The notes beneath the pieces are model-generated. The model was given only the letters and a program-made list of their open reading frames with translations, had not been told where the DNA came from and ran no database searches. The translations under genes and the position numbers were made by a program. Of a stretch of DNA of 64,000 nucleotides, positions 52,825-61,732 are shown in pieces (position 1 is the first letter of the stretch; the number at the start of each line of letters is the position of its first letter). Source of the DNA: an uncultured Candidatus Saccharibacteria bacterium (GTDB taxonomy: Bacteria > Patescibacteriota > Saccharimonadia > Saccharimonadales > JACDBH01); assembly GCA_965231105.1 (NCBI GenBank), contig OZ246417.1, positions 704,908 through 768,907 on the forward strand. Reading direction: 5' to 3'.

Positions 52825-54255
52825 ATGAGAGCTCTTGTTAAACGTTTAGTACCGAGCGGTCTATTTCGCAAAGTTGAGCCCGTAGGTCATTTGCTTGAAG
52901 CTGCTATTGAAGAAACGGCCTTTGGCTTTCCGGCACGTGGCTTAAAAGTCATTGGTGTTACGGGTACCGATGGCAAGACCAGTACATGTACCCTTATCAC
53001 TCAGATGCTCCGTACTGCCGGTTTTAAAGTGGCCATGATGACCACTATTTCGGTTGATTATGGTGACGGTAAGGGGCCTCAGCCTAATGCGACTCGCATG
53101 ACCAGTCTTGGATCACTGCAGCTTATTAAGGAGCTCAGAAAAATTAAGAGTGTGGGTGCCGAATGGTTGGTGCTTGAGACTACTTCGCATGCTTTAGCTC
53201 AGCATAGAGTCTGGGGTATACCGTATACCGTTGCAGTGATGACCAATGTAAGTCACGAACATCTTGATTATCATGGCACATTTGAACGATATCGCGACGC
53301 CAAGCGCATGCTTTTTAAGCAGACTAATGCGAATAAAAAAGGGTTACGGGTAGGGGTTATCAATGCCGAAGATCCAAGCGCAGAACTGTTTGCGAGTGAT
53401 ATTAATAGTCCCATCTTCTATGGCATAAACAGCGGGAGTTTAAAAGCTCAAAATGTTGAGCTCAGCCCCAGTGGATCTCATTACATCGCTCGAATTGGCG
53501 AAGAGACGTATGACATTACTTGCCATTTGCCGGGCAGTTTTAACGTGTACAACTCACTAGCGGCAGTAGCGGTAGGGCGAGCTGTTGGTCTGAGTAAAGA
53601 ACAGATTGAAGAGGGTATTGCGAGCTTAGAAAATGTGGAAGGACGTATGACCCGGGTGGATGAAGGGCAGGATTTTGATGTCATTGTGGACTACGCACAT
53701 ACGCCAGAAAGCTTCGAAAAAGTATTCAAAGAAGTAAAGCCCTTAGTAAAAGGAAAGCTCATTACTGTTTTCGGTTCGGCAGGCCGGCGCGATGAGGCAA
53801 AGCGGGCAGCCCAAGGCGAAGTAGCAGGTCGTTACTGTGATGTTGTTATAGCAACCGAAGAAGATGATCGAGATATGGATGGCATGGCTATTTTAGAGCA
53901 AATTGCTTCAGGGGCTGAGAGTGCCGGCAAAAAGCGCGATGAAAGTCTATTCCTTATTCATGAACGTGAAGCGGCCGTGCAAGCAGCAATCGATATCGCC
54001 AAGACAGGAGACATAGTTCTGCTGCTGGGTAAGGGACATGAGAAATCAATTCTCGGTAATGGGCCAGAGGCTGCTCAACTCCGTCATTTGGTTCAGAATG
54101 ACGATGATCCAAAGCGAGTAATAAAACGAGACTACGATGAGGTTGGTGTGGCTCGAGCTGCTCTAAGAAGACGTTTAGGCAAACCGTTTGTCGTTGCCAC
54201 GGTAAGTTCGGTGCCCGAACCTAAGGGCAAGCTCTCAGGCATTATCAAGCGTTAG
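52825..54255 (+). CDS. murE: Mur ligase, MurE-type (UDP-MurNAc-L-Ala-D-Glu : diamino acid ligase)
   Basis: P-loop GVTGTDGKTST, Mur-ligase middle-domain TNVSHEHLDYHG, C-terminal DYAHTPES...GSAGRRD. Confidence 0.85.
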   Translation: MRALVKRLVPSGLFRKVEPVGHLLEAAIEETAFGFPARGLKVIGVTGTDGKTSTCTLITQMLRTAGFKVAMMTTISVDYGDGKGPQPNATRMTSLGSLQLIKELRKIKSVGAEWLVLETTSHALAQHRVWGIPYTVAVMTNVSHEHLDYHGTFERYRDAKRMLFKQTNANKKGLRVGVINAEDPSAELFASDINSPIFYGINSGSLKAQNVELSPSGSHYIARIGEETYDITCHLPGSFNVYNSLAAVAVGRAVGLSKEQIEEGIASLENVEGRMTRVDEGQDFDVIVDYAHTPESFEKVFKEVKPLVKGKLITVFGSAGRRDEAKRAAQGEVAGRYCDVVIATEEDDRDMDGMAILEQIASGAESAGKKRDESLFLIHEREAAVQAAIDIAKTGDIVLLLGKGHEKSILGNGPEAAQLRHLVQNDDDPKRVIKRDYDEVGVARAALRRRLGKPFVVATVSSVPEPKGKLSGIIKR

Positions 54256-55104
54256 AGTAGTGCAGCGAATATAGCCGCCACCCTTGCCCAGCTCACGTAC
54301 CTCTGGAGTTAAGGTTTTTAGGCCTCGTTTTTCAAGCGCCTTTTTTAACTTTGGCGCGAACGCACTCATTATTACTGTTTCGCCTGTGCTCACGAGGTTA
54401 CACGCAAAAGCTTTCTTGGCTTCCTTTAGAGATACCTCTATCTTTTCTAAAGGAAGCGCACGAATCTTGGCGGCGCTCTCTTTCATAAAAGCTTCAGGAC
54501 ACCATGCGATCAGATCGTCACGGATAACAGCAAGAGCCAGGTCGATGTCGTAGTAGTAGCTGTCGGGCCAACCGGTAGTAGCATTGATTACCTCCTTACC
54601 TCGTCCAAATAGGCGACGCAAAGGCTTGGTTTGCAGACTAATAACTTCGTAACCAAGTGTCTGGGCAAGAAAGTCGTGCGCGGCAAGGTCGGTTCGATAT
54701 ACTGAACCACAGAAAAGATATTTCCCACAGGGCAGAGCATCTCCCTGACCGCTAAAACGAAGTTCATTGGGTACAAAGATAATTTCTTTACCCTCATTCT
54801 TGAGTACTTGAACAGCATATGTTTCTTCTGCTTTGCGTTTATTGGGCAGGCGTGACATGACAGCCTTATTCCCTCGACATAATGCCCAGTTAGCTGTATA
54901 CACACCATCCTGACAATCAGGAGGAGCCGCTACTTGAGTTACAATGATGCCTGCTGACTCTAAAGCTTGCTTAATAGCTGCATGTTCGGCCTGGGCTTTT
55001 TCTATACTAACGGGAACATGCGAGTTCATGTACGCATTAATAGCGAATTGGTCGCTGAAGAACTCGGCACTGGACATAAGAACACGTTGATTTATAAGGG
55101 TCAT
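54235..55104 (-). CDS. Amidinotransferase-superfamily protein (DDAH / arginine deiminase-related)
   Basis: C-terminal GGGYIRCTTLTL (catalytic Cys context of the guanidino-group-modifying enzyme fold). Size about 290 aa. Overlaps the murE 3' end by 21 nt (convergent). Confidence 0.6.
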   Translation of the reverse strand: MTLINQRVLMSSAEFFSDQFAINAYMNSHVPVSIEKAQAEHAAIKQALESAGIIVTQVAAPPDCQDGVYTANWALCRGNKAVMSRLPNKRKAEETYAVQVLKNEGKEIIFVPNELRFSGQGDALPCGKYLFCGSVYRTDLAAHDFLAQTLGYEVISLQTKPLRRLFGRGKEVINATTGWPDSYYYDIDLALAVIRDDLIAWCPEAFMKESAAKIRALPLEKIEVSLKEAKKAFACNLVSTGETVIMSAFAPKLKKALEKRGLKTLTPEVRELGKGGGYIRCTTLTLDNA

Positions 55105-55160
55105 TTTTATTCTTTAAAATATACCAATAAGTATGCCACATAAATGTGTGAAACAATAAC

Positions 55161-55190
55161 TAAGTAAAACAAAGTATATTGTTTTACTTA
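55161..55190. promoter_or_regulatory. Perfect 10-bp inverted repeat with 10-nt spacer in a divergent promoter region
   Basis: TAAGTAAAAC-aaagtatatt-GTTTTACTTA. The right arm overlaps the -35 position of the plus-strand promoter. Confidence 0.4.
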
Positions 55191-55211
55191 TTATATAATT
55201 TATGCTATAAT
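55183..55211 (+). promoter_or_regulatory. Promoter with consensus extended -10 (TTTACT-17-TGCTATAAT)
   Basis: TGCTATAAT at 55203-55211, 15 nt upstream of ATG 55227. Confidence 0.45.
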
Positions 55212-55226
55212 ATGCATCTATAAGTT

Positions 55227-55976
55227 ATGGCTAAGTTCACTTTCGAAAATTTAGGTAAAGAAAGCTTCACCCAGGATGATGGTGCTGTCTGGACGGCTTT
55301 TTATGACCAGAGGAATCCGGATCAACGGTACCTTATCGTTACAAGTTCAGGGCGTGAACTTTTCTTGCATGGTGATCTTCCGTTCCGGGCCTTAAAGCGT
55401 GCATTTCATCAGTATCGTGCTGCTGAACAAGGACCAGGATCAAAAGATACCCGAGAGTTTTTGGGAAGTGGACAGCAGGCAGAGGTTTTTGGTCTGAATG
55501 CTAAACTCGCCGTTAGGGAAACGGGGGGCAACGAAACCTTCTATCACGCCCTTTCAGACCTTACTCGTCAGGATAGGCTCATTTCTATTGTGGAAGGTGG
55601 TTTACCACGATGGATCAATGTTCCCCATACCTATGCCCTTTATAGCGATACGGAAGCCGGCAGGCAGTATGCGCTAATGGATCGTATTGACTCTGGTGTC
55701 ACGGTACAAGATATCGTTGATTTTGATGAAGTTAATAATCATTCGCAGCAGCGTGTACTAAAGGAACTAGGAAGAAAGCCTACAGAGCAAGATGCCTCAG
55801 AAATTGGCCGGCTCTTTGATAAGGCAGGAAATATCCTTAACACTGTGATTAGCGCACGTGGCTATGACCCTACTGAAATTTTGACTGACTGGCAAACAAG
55901 AAACGTGATTGTGGAGCCCTTGGCAACACCTGTTGGTGGCGAGTGGTACTCTCTGAATATCATTGACCAGAATTAG
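55227..55976 (+). CDS. Hypothetical protein, possibly an atypical protein-kinase-like fold
   Basis: LGSGQQAEVF...LAVRE (Gly-rich loop + VxxE-like), DWQTRNVIV (D-x4-N) and IIDQ. Motif-level resemblance only. Confidence 0.4.
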   Translation: MAKFTFENLGKESFTQDDGAVWTAFYDQRNPDQRYLIVTSSGRELFLHGDLPFRALKRAFHQYRAAEQGPGSKDTREFLGSGQQAEVFGLNAKLAVRETGGNETFYHALSDLTRQDRLISIVEGGLPRWINVPHTYALYSDTEAGRQYALMDRIDSGVTVQDIVDFDEVNNHSQQRVLKELGRKPTEQDASEIGRLFDKAGNILNTVISARGYDPTEILTDWQTRNVIVEPLATPVGGEWYSLNIIDQN

Positions 55977-56021
55977 CCATTAGACCTGCTACAATACCTC
56001 TCAGTAAGAGGAAGGTAATCG

Positions 56022-57365
56022 ATGCCAGATTTAACAAGCATTTTTAAAGCATACGATGTTCGAGGCAAGGTGGGGAGTGAATTAACACCAGAATCCGTAG
56101 AAACTATTGGTCGAGCATTTGGGGATTGGTTGCCAGGTGAGGGTGCGGTGGCAGTCGGTCATGACATGCGACCAGATAGTGCGAGCCTTGCCGAGGCGCT
56201 TATTAAAGGACTCGTTGCTCAAGGACGAGAAGTTATAAATATAGGTCAGGTAACCAGCGACATGATCTATTTTGCGGCTGGGCATCTTAAGCTTGCTGGT
56301 GGTGCCATGATTACGGCGAGTCACAATCCTGGGGAATATAACGGTATTAAATTCTGCGGGGAGGCTGCCAAGCCGATTGGTGAAGAATCAGGTCTTTTTG
56401 AAATACGTGATCGAGCTGTTAAGGGTGAATTTAGCGAAGCTCAACCAGGTTCGGTAAAGAAGCAAGAAGTAGCCGAAGATTGGATACAGCACGTACTTGG
56501 CTTTATTGATGCCGATAAGCTCACGGAGATGAAAATTGCTGTCGATGCCGGCAACGGTATGGCAGGTAAGATCTTTCCTGAACTTGAACCCTATGTGCCA
56601 TGGGAAGTTAATGAAATGTACTTCGAACTTGATGGTACCTTCCCAAACCATATTGCTAATCCATTGGAGCCGAAAAACCTTGTAGATGTGCAGAAGGCGG
56701 TGAAAGAAGGTGGGTGTGATGCAGGTATTGCTTTTGATGGTGATGGCGACAGGGCGGTACTTATTGATGAAAAAGGCGAACCCCTTACTGGGACGGTCAT
56801 GACAGCAATCCTCGCTGAGTATTTTCTTGCAAATAACCCCGGAGCAACTATTTTACACAACGCCATCTGCGGCCGGGCGGCGATAGAGGCAATTAAAGCT
56901 AATGGGGGCACGCCAGTACGTACCCGCGTAGGGCATTCATTTATTAAGGCGGATATGCGAACGCATAACGCAGTCTTTGCTGGCGAGCATAGTGGACATT
57001 ATTACTTCAAAGATAACTTTAATGCCGATTCGGGCCTCATTGCTGCAGTTATCGGTCTGTATGTAACGAGCCTGAGCGGTAAAAAACTTTCTGAACTTGC
57101 TGAACCTTTCCGCAAGGCATACGTACAAATCCCAGAAACGAACTTTGAGGTGAGCGATAAAGACGCGGTGCTTAAGAAAATCTCTGAAACTTTTACCGAA
57201 GGTGAGCAAGACTGGCTTGATGGTCTTACTATTAACTTTACAGACGGCTGGGTAAATGTTCGCCCAAGTAACACTGAGCCGCTTTTACGCCTTAATGCTG
57301 AATGGAAGACGCAGGCAGCGCTTGATGAGATAGTTGCGAAAGTGAAAGCTATCATCCAGGCATAG
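56022..57365 (+). CDS. Phosphomannomutase/phosphoglucomutase (alpha-D-phosphohexomutase family)
   Basis: Active-site TASHNPGEYNGIK, metal loop FDGDGDR, sugar-binding GEHSGH. Confidence 0.9.
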   Translation: MPDLTSIFKAYDVRGKVGSELTPESVETIGRAFGDWLPGEGAVAVGHDMRPDSASLAEALIKGLVAQGREVINIGQVTSDMIYFAAGHLKLAGGAMITASHNPGEYNGIKFCGEAAKPIGEESGLFEIRDRAVKGEFSEAQPGSVKKQEVAEDWIQHVLGFIDADKLTEMKIAVDAGNGMAGKIFPELEPYVPWEVNEMYFELDGTFPNHIANPLEPKNLVDVQKAVKEGGCDAGIAFDGDGDRAVLIDEKGEPLTGTVMTAILAEYFLANNPGATILHNAICGRAAIEAIKANGGTPVRTRVGHSFIKADMRTHNAVFAGEHSGHYYFKDNFNADSGLIAAVIGLYVTSLSGKKLSELAEPFRKAYVQIPETNFEVSDKDAVLKKISETFTEGEQDWLDGLTINFTDGWVNVRPSNTEPLLRLNAEWKTQAALDEIVAKVKAIIQA

Positions 57366-57368
57366 AAC

Positions 57369-57406
57369 TTGACCTGTTTTTGGCACTCATATATATTGAG
57401 TGCCAG
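57369..57406 (+). promoter_or_regulatory. groES promoter (TTGACC-17-TATATT) overlapping a CIRCE-type HrcA operator
   Basis: TTGGCACTC-atatatatt-GAGTGCCAG at 57380-57406 versus the CIRCE consensus TTAGCACTC-N9-GAGTGCTAA. The -35 is at 57369-57374 and the -10 at 57392-57397, inside the operator spacer. Confidence 0.75.
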
Positions 57407-57463
57407 CAGTTGGTGGCAGTTGCGAGAGTCACTAACTCATTCTGTATCTAAAGGGAGGTTTTT

Positions 57464-57733
57464 ATGAATGTACCCATTACTCCGTTAGCGGATTATGTTG
57501 TAGCGGTTGCTGAAGAAGCGGAAAGTAAAACAGCAAGCGGTATTCTCTTGCCGGAAGCTGCTAAGGAAAAGCCAAAGTCAGTCAAGGTTGTCGCGGTGGG
57601 TGCGGGTGTTGATGGCGTAAAAGTAGGTGACAGAATCTTGTATAAGAATACCTACGAAGCAACTGATGTTAAGGTGGGCAAAGATGACTACGTCATTATT
57701 TATAAACAAAATATTATTGCGACGGTGAAATAA
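57464..57733 (+). CDS. groES: Co-chaperonin GroES
   Basis: PLADYVVAV...ASGILLPEAAKEKP mobile loop. 89 aa. AAAGGGAGG SD. Confidence 0.95.
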   Translation: MNVPITPLADYVVAVAEEAESKTASGILLPEAAKEKPKSVKVVAVGAGVDGVKVGDRILYKNTYEATDVKVGKDDYVIIYKQNIIATVK

Positions 57734-57743
57734 GGAGAGGTAC

Positions 57744-59390
57744 ATGGCTAAGAAAGTATTTTATGACGATGAAGCTCGCCAGCGCGTACTCGCTGGTGCA
57801 GAAATGTTATACAACGCCGTTCGCACAACAATGGGGCCAAAAGGCCGAAACGTTGTTATTGGTAAAAGCTATGGCAATCCAACTGTTACACATGACGGTG
57901 TTACGGTTGCGAAGGGTATAGAACTGCCTGAAGATGAAGAAACGCTAGGTTATAAAGTCGGCGCCGAACTTATAAAGCAAGCTGCAAACAAGATGAATGA
58001 TGTGGCTGGAGACGGCACCACAACCGTTACTGTATTGACCTATCATATCTTGAATGAGGCCAATAAGTTAATTGCTGCCGGGCACAATCCTATGTTGCTT
58101 CGAAAGGGGCTTGAGGCGGCTGCCCAGGAAGCCTTAAAGGCTCTTGAGGGCATGCGTGAAGATATTGCGGGTAAAAAGAACCGCGTCGCTGAAGTGGCTA
58201 CCATCTCCGCAGGAGATGCTGAAATTGGCAGGCTCATTGCCGGGGTAATTGAAAAAGTGGGTAAAGACGGAGTTGTTACTGTTGAAGAAGGTCAGGGCTT
58301 ACAGCTCGAAAGTGAAGTGGTTGAAGGCTTTACCTTTGATCGTGGTTTCCTGAGCGCCTACATGGTAACCGATACAACTCGTATGGAAGCTGTTTATGAC
58401 AAGCCGGCGATTCTTATAACTGACAGGAAAATCAGCAGTGTACAGGAAATCCTGCCAGTACTTGAGAAACTTGCTCAGTCAGGTAAAAAAGATCTCGTAC
58501 TCATTGCTGATGATGTAGAAGGTGAAGCGTTAGCAACACTGATACTCAACCGTCTTAAAGGTGTTTTCAATACTATTGCCATCAAAGCGCCTGCTTTTGG
58601 TGATAAGCGGAAAGATATCCTCGAAGACATTGCTATCCTTACAGGCGGTGAGGTTATCTCTGAGGATCGGGGCATCACCTTTGAAACTGCAGAATTAAAT
58701 ATGCTTGGAACAGCTCGTAAGGTGATCGTTACAAAAGACGAAACTACCATTATTGAAGGTGCAGGGTCGGCTACGACGGTTAAGGCTCGTACAGCACAGA
58801 TCAGCAAACAGGCAGAGGCTGCGAATAGTGAGTACGATAAAGAAAGTCTTGAGAAGCGTCGAGCTGCCTTAAGCGGCAAGGTTGCCGTGATCAAGGTAGG
58901 CGGTGCAACAGAGACCGAGATTGAGGAAAAGAAATTCCGCGTAGATGATGCAGTTCATGCAGTAAAAGCGGCGCTTGATGAGGGTATTGTACCGGGTGGT
59001 GGTGTAACGTTAATTAATCTTGCAACTATACTAGCAACCGACGACGATGATACTTCGGTTGCTGCCGGCAAGACGATTCTTAAAAATGCTCTTGAACAAC
59101 CATTTAGAATCCTTCTTGCAAACGCTGGCCTTAATCCAGATGAGTGGCTACCCCTAGTTAAGAAAGGCAAGAAGGGTCAGGGTGTAGACGTCAATAATCC
59201 AAGTAGGCTGGTGGATCTTAAGACTGCTGGTGTCGTTGACCCTGCGCGTGTTACCAAGGAAGCCTTACAGAATGCGGCAAGTATTGCCGGCACAGCCATG
59301 ACCATGGGTGCCCTCATTGTAGACGTACCAGAACCAAAGTCCGCCGCTCCTGATATGAGCGGTATGGGCGGTGGCATGGGAATGATGTAA
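57744..59390 (+). CDS. groEL: Chaperonin GroEL
   Basis: AGDGTTTVTVL and the full colinear GroEL pattern. C-terminal GGM repeat tail MSGMGGGMGMM. Confidence 0.98.
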   Translation: MAKKVFYDDEARQRVLAGAEMLYNAVRTTMGPKGRNVVIGKSYGNPTVTHDGVTVAKGIELPEDEETLGYKVGAELIKQAANKMNDVAGDGTTTVTVLTYHILNEANKLIAAGHNPMLLRKGLEAAAQEALKALEGMREDIAGKKNRVAEVATISAGDAEIGRLIAGVIEKVGKDGVVTVEEGQGLQLESEVVEGFTFDRGFLSAYMVTDTTRMEAVYDKPAILITDRKISSVQEILPVLEKLAQSGKKDLVLIADDVEGEALATLILNRLKGVFNTIAIKAPAFGDKRKDILEDIAILTGGEVISEDRGITFETAELNMLGTARKVIVTKDETTIIEGAGSATTVKARTAQISKQAEAANSEYDKESLEKRRAALSGKVAVIKVGGATETEIEEKKFRVDDAVHAVKAALDEGIVPGGGVTLINLATILATDDDDTSVAAGKTILKNALEQPFRILLANAGLNPDEWLPLVKKGKKGQGVDVNNPSRLVDLKTAGVVDPARVTKEALQNAASIAGTAMTMGALIVDVPEPKSAAPDMSGMGGGMGMM

Positions 59391-59413
59391 GAAGAACATG
59401 GGCTTTCATCTGT

Positions 59414-59444
59414 AAACGAGCCTCTTTTGAGGCTCGTTTTATTG
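59414..59444 (+). terminator. Rho-independent terminator after groEL
   Basis: AAACGAGCCTC-tttt-GAGGCTCGTTT followed by TATTG. Confidence 0.75.
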
Positions 59445-59494
59445 CGGAAAGCGCCAGTTTGTAGTATTATATACACTCTAACGGAGTTCATGTG

Positions 59495-60025
59495 ATGGCA
59501 CTATTTCGCCGCAATAAAACAGAGGCAGGGACAATTCCTGAATTACAGGAATACTACAATGCCGAGCGTCGTGAGCGGGCAAGCCTAGCCTGGCTTTTGG
59601 CATTAGTCTCTGTTGCATGCGTCGCATTAGTGCTTATCGGGCTCTTCTTTGGCGGTAGATGGCTTTATAACCGCCTTGCGGATAATATGGGCACCGAAAC
59701 GGTCAGCGTAGAGACGACCGAGCAAAATGATACCGAGCCAGCAGAAGAGGCGCCCGTTGCTGAAACTGAAGATTCTGCACCACAAGGTGAGGCTAACACT
59801 GATGCAACTCCCCCTGCACAAACTACACCTACTCCTCAAACTCCTACGCCAACCCCAGCACCCACGCCAGCTCCGGCTCAGAATAACCCAGCTCCTGTAG
59901 CAGTTGCTCCGCGTGCAAATAGTAATCTACCACGTAGTGGTCCAGCTAGCATGCTTGCAATTTTTGCTGTCACAGCAGGCATTGCAACCCTGATTTATCA
60001 GGCTACAGTTCGTCGCAAGGCCTAA
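59495..60025 (+). CDS. Membrane-anchored P/T/A-rich protein with a C-terminal LPxxG-like sorting-signal architecture
   Basis: N-terminal TM LAWLLALVSVACVALVLIGLFF. PTPQTPTPTPAPTPAP linker. C-terminal LPRSG + hydrophobic ASMLAIFAVTAGIATLIY + RRKA. Confidence 0.55.
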   Translation: MALFRRNKTEAGTIPELQEYYNAERRERASLAWLLALVSVACVALVLIGLFFGGRWLYNRLADNMGTETVSVETTEQNDTEPAEEAPVAETEDSAPQGEANTDATPPAQTTPTPQTPTPTPAPTPAPAQNNPAPVAVAPRANSNLPRSGPASMLAIFAVTAGIATLIYQATVRRKA

Positions 60026-60028
60026 GTA

Positions 60029-60637
60029 TTACTTGCCTGCTTCGTCGATCTTTTGAATGAGATCAAGCAATGCTTTTGCGCGAGCAGTGTCGTCTGTGAG
60101 AGCAATAGCAGCATCATGAGCCGCTTTAAGAAGACTCTGATCTTTTGTTGACTCATAAAGCATTGTGATAGTCTTGAGCTTTTCTTCTGGCGGTTGATCA
60201 AGATGTCCTACCAATGGGGATAGTTCTTTAAGGGTCTCTTCCTTTAGTTCAGCTAAATCAGCAGGGAGATCACTACTTGCTTCTGGTGCGGGTGCATCTA
60301 CTGCAGGAGCCTCTGGTTCTGCGGGTGTCTCAGGAGCAGGCGTTTCTTCGACTTCAGGAGTCTCGGCCGCTTCTGGTGCGGGGGTTGGTTCGGTAGCTGC
60401 TTCAGAGGTTTCGGCAGAAAGGCTTGCAGCTGCATCCTGTAAAGCCTGAGCATCGTCGCTCGCTACTGCATCGGGAGCTGGGGTGTCTTGTGCTGGTGGA
60501 TCGGCAGGGGTAGGAAGCGTTAACTCCTCATTGTCTGCTACAGATGCATCTGCCTGTGCCTGGTCATCTTGCTGTACCGGCTCAGTTGGTGTCATTACTT
60601 GTGGATCTGTGCGATCTGATTTATCGTGTCCGAACAT
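60029..60637 (-). CDS. Acidic P/A/E-rich hypothetical protein (202 aa)
   Basis: ATG 60637 preceded by AGAGGGGG. Low-complexity PAPE/ETPE region followed by a helical C-terminal domain. Confidence 0.5.
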   Translation of the reverse strand: MFGHDKSDRTDPQVMTPTEPVQQDDQAQADASVADNEELTLPTPADPPAQDTPAPDAVASDDAQALQDAAASLSAETSEAATEPTPAPEAAETPEVEETPAPETPAEPEAPAVDAPAPEASSDLPADLAELKEETLKELSPLVGHLDQPPEEKLKTITMLYESTKDQSLLKAAHDAAIALTDDTARAKALLDLIQKIDEAGK

Positions 60638-60706
60638 GCCCGCCCCCTCTAATAAGTAGTATTTTGATGCTAGTATATAACATAAGTACCAAAAGGAGGA
60701 ACTATC

Positions 60707-61732
60707 TTGCTTGATGACCTGAAATATATCCACGAGAAAGATGCACAGGATGTCCTAGGAGTGGCAGAGAAGCAATGGGAACAGCTTCAGCAAGTCTATG
60801 ATATTCCTGAGTTATCTTCCGATATTGAAAATATTGTCTATGCAGGCATGGGTGGATCTGCATTGGCGGCAGAGCTGAGCAAAACATGGCCGGGCTATAC
60901 AGTGCCTTTTGAAATTGTGCGAGGTTATGAAATTCCTGCGTATGTTTCTGCAAAAACCCTGTTTATTGCTGCGAGCTATTCTGGCAACACCGAAGAGACA
61001 TTGGCAACGCTTTCTGCTGCTGAGTCTCGCGGAGCTCAGATAGCTATTATTACGTCGGGGGGCAAACTGGGTGATATTGCGAAGGAAAAGAAGTATCCAT
61101 TTGCGCAATTACCAACCGGTTACGAACCGCGACATATAGCGCTTTATAATCTCAAGGCACTTGTGACCATATTGGAGCGAGCAGGGCAGAAAGTCGAAGA
61201 AGAGGAGGAACTCAAGAGTGCGCTTGATCTTCTTAAGAAATCGGTGACTCTTTGGCGGCCCGAGGTTCCTACTAGCCGCAATCCTGCGAAAGCCCTAGCG
61301 TTGGAGCTGGCAGGGAAGTCACCAGTAATCTATGGCGGTCCAAAATTATGGCCGGCCGCATACAAGTGGAAGATTAGCTTTAACGAGAATGCTAAGAATG
61401 TAGCCTGGTGTAATGCAATTCCTGAATTTAATCACAACGAGTTTATGGGATGGAGCAGTCACCCGGTTGATAAACCGTATGCAATTATTGAGTTACGTAG
61501 CTTTCTTGAACATTCGCGAATTGAAAAGAGATTTGAAGTCAGCAATCGTTTATTAAGTGGCCGATGGCCAGAGCCTCATGTTGTGTATGCAGAGGGTGAA
61601 AATATTTTGAGCCAGCTGTTGTGGACCGTGGCATTTGGTGATTTTGTTTCAACATACGTTGCATTGTTAAACGGGCTCAATCCGTTTCCTGTTGATCTTG
61701 TAGAGAAGTTAAAGAAGGAACTTAATTCATGA
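60707..61732 (+). CDS. Bifunctional phosphoglucose/phosphomannose isomerase (SIS-domain, archaeal/bacterial PGI-PMI type)
   Basis: GMGGSALAAEL, SYSGNTEETL, C-terminal ...NHNEFMGW...PFPV. TTG start. Confidence 0.75.
   Translation: MLDDLKYIHEKDAQDVLGVAEKQWEQLQQVYDIPELSSDIENIVYAGMGGSALAAELSKTWPGYTVPFEIVRGYEIPAYVSAKTLFIAASYSGNTEETLATLSAAESRGAQIAIITSGGKLGDIAKEKKYPFAQLPTGYEPRHIALYNLKALVTILERAGQKVEEEEELKSALDLLKKSVTLWRPEVPTSRNPAKALALELAGKSPVIYGGPKLWPAAYKWKISFNENAKNVAWCNAIPEFNHNEFMGWSSHPVDKPYAIIELRSFLEHSRIEKRFEVSNRLLSGRWPEPHVVYAEGENILSQLLWTVAFGDFVSTYVALLNGLNPFPVDLVEKLKKELNS

Noticed and set aside
54235-54255. 21-nt convergent overlap between murE and the amidinotransferase-family gene as a regulatory antisense arrangement
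   Set aside because: Short 3'-3' overlaps fit the general compaction of this genome, where several convergent gene pairs are only 4-10 nt apart. There is no additional structure to suggest function.
60250-60560. Apparent tandem repeat in the P/A/E-rich gene (PAPE/ETPE units)
   Set aside because: At the DNA level the units are short and imperfect (cryptic low complexity), not a defined tandem repeat array. Best described as a compositionally biased coding region.
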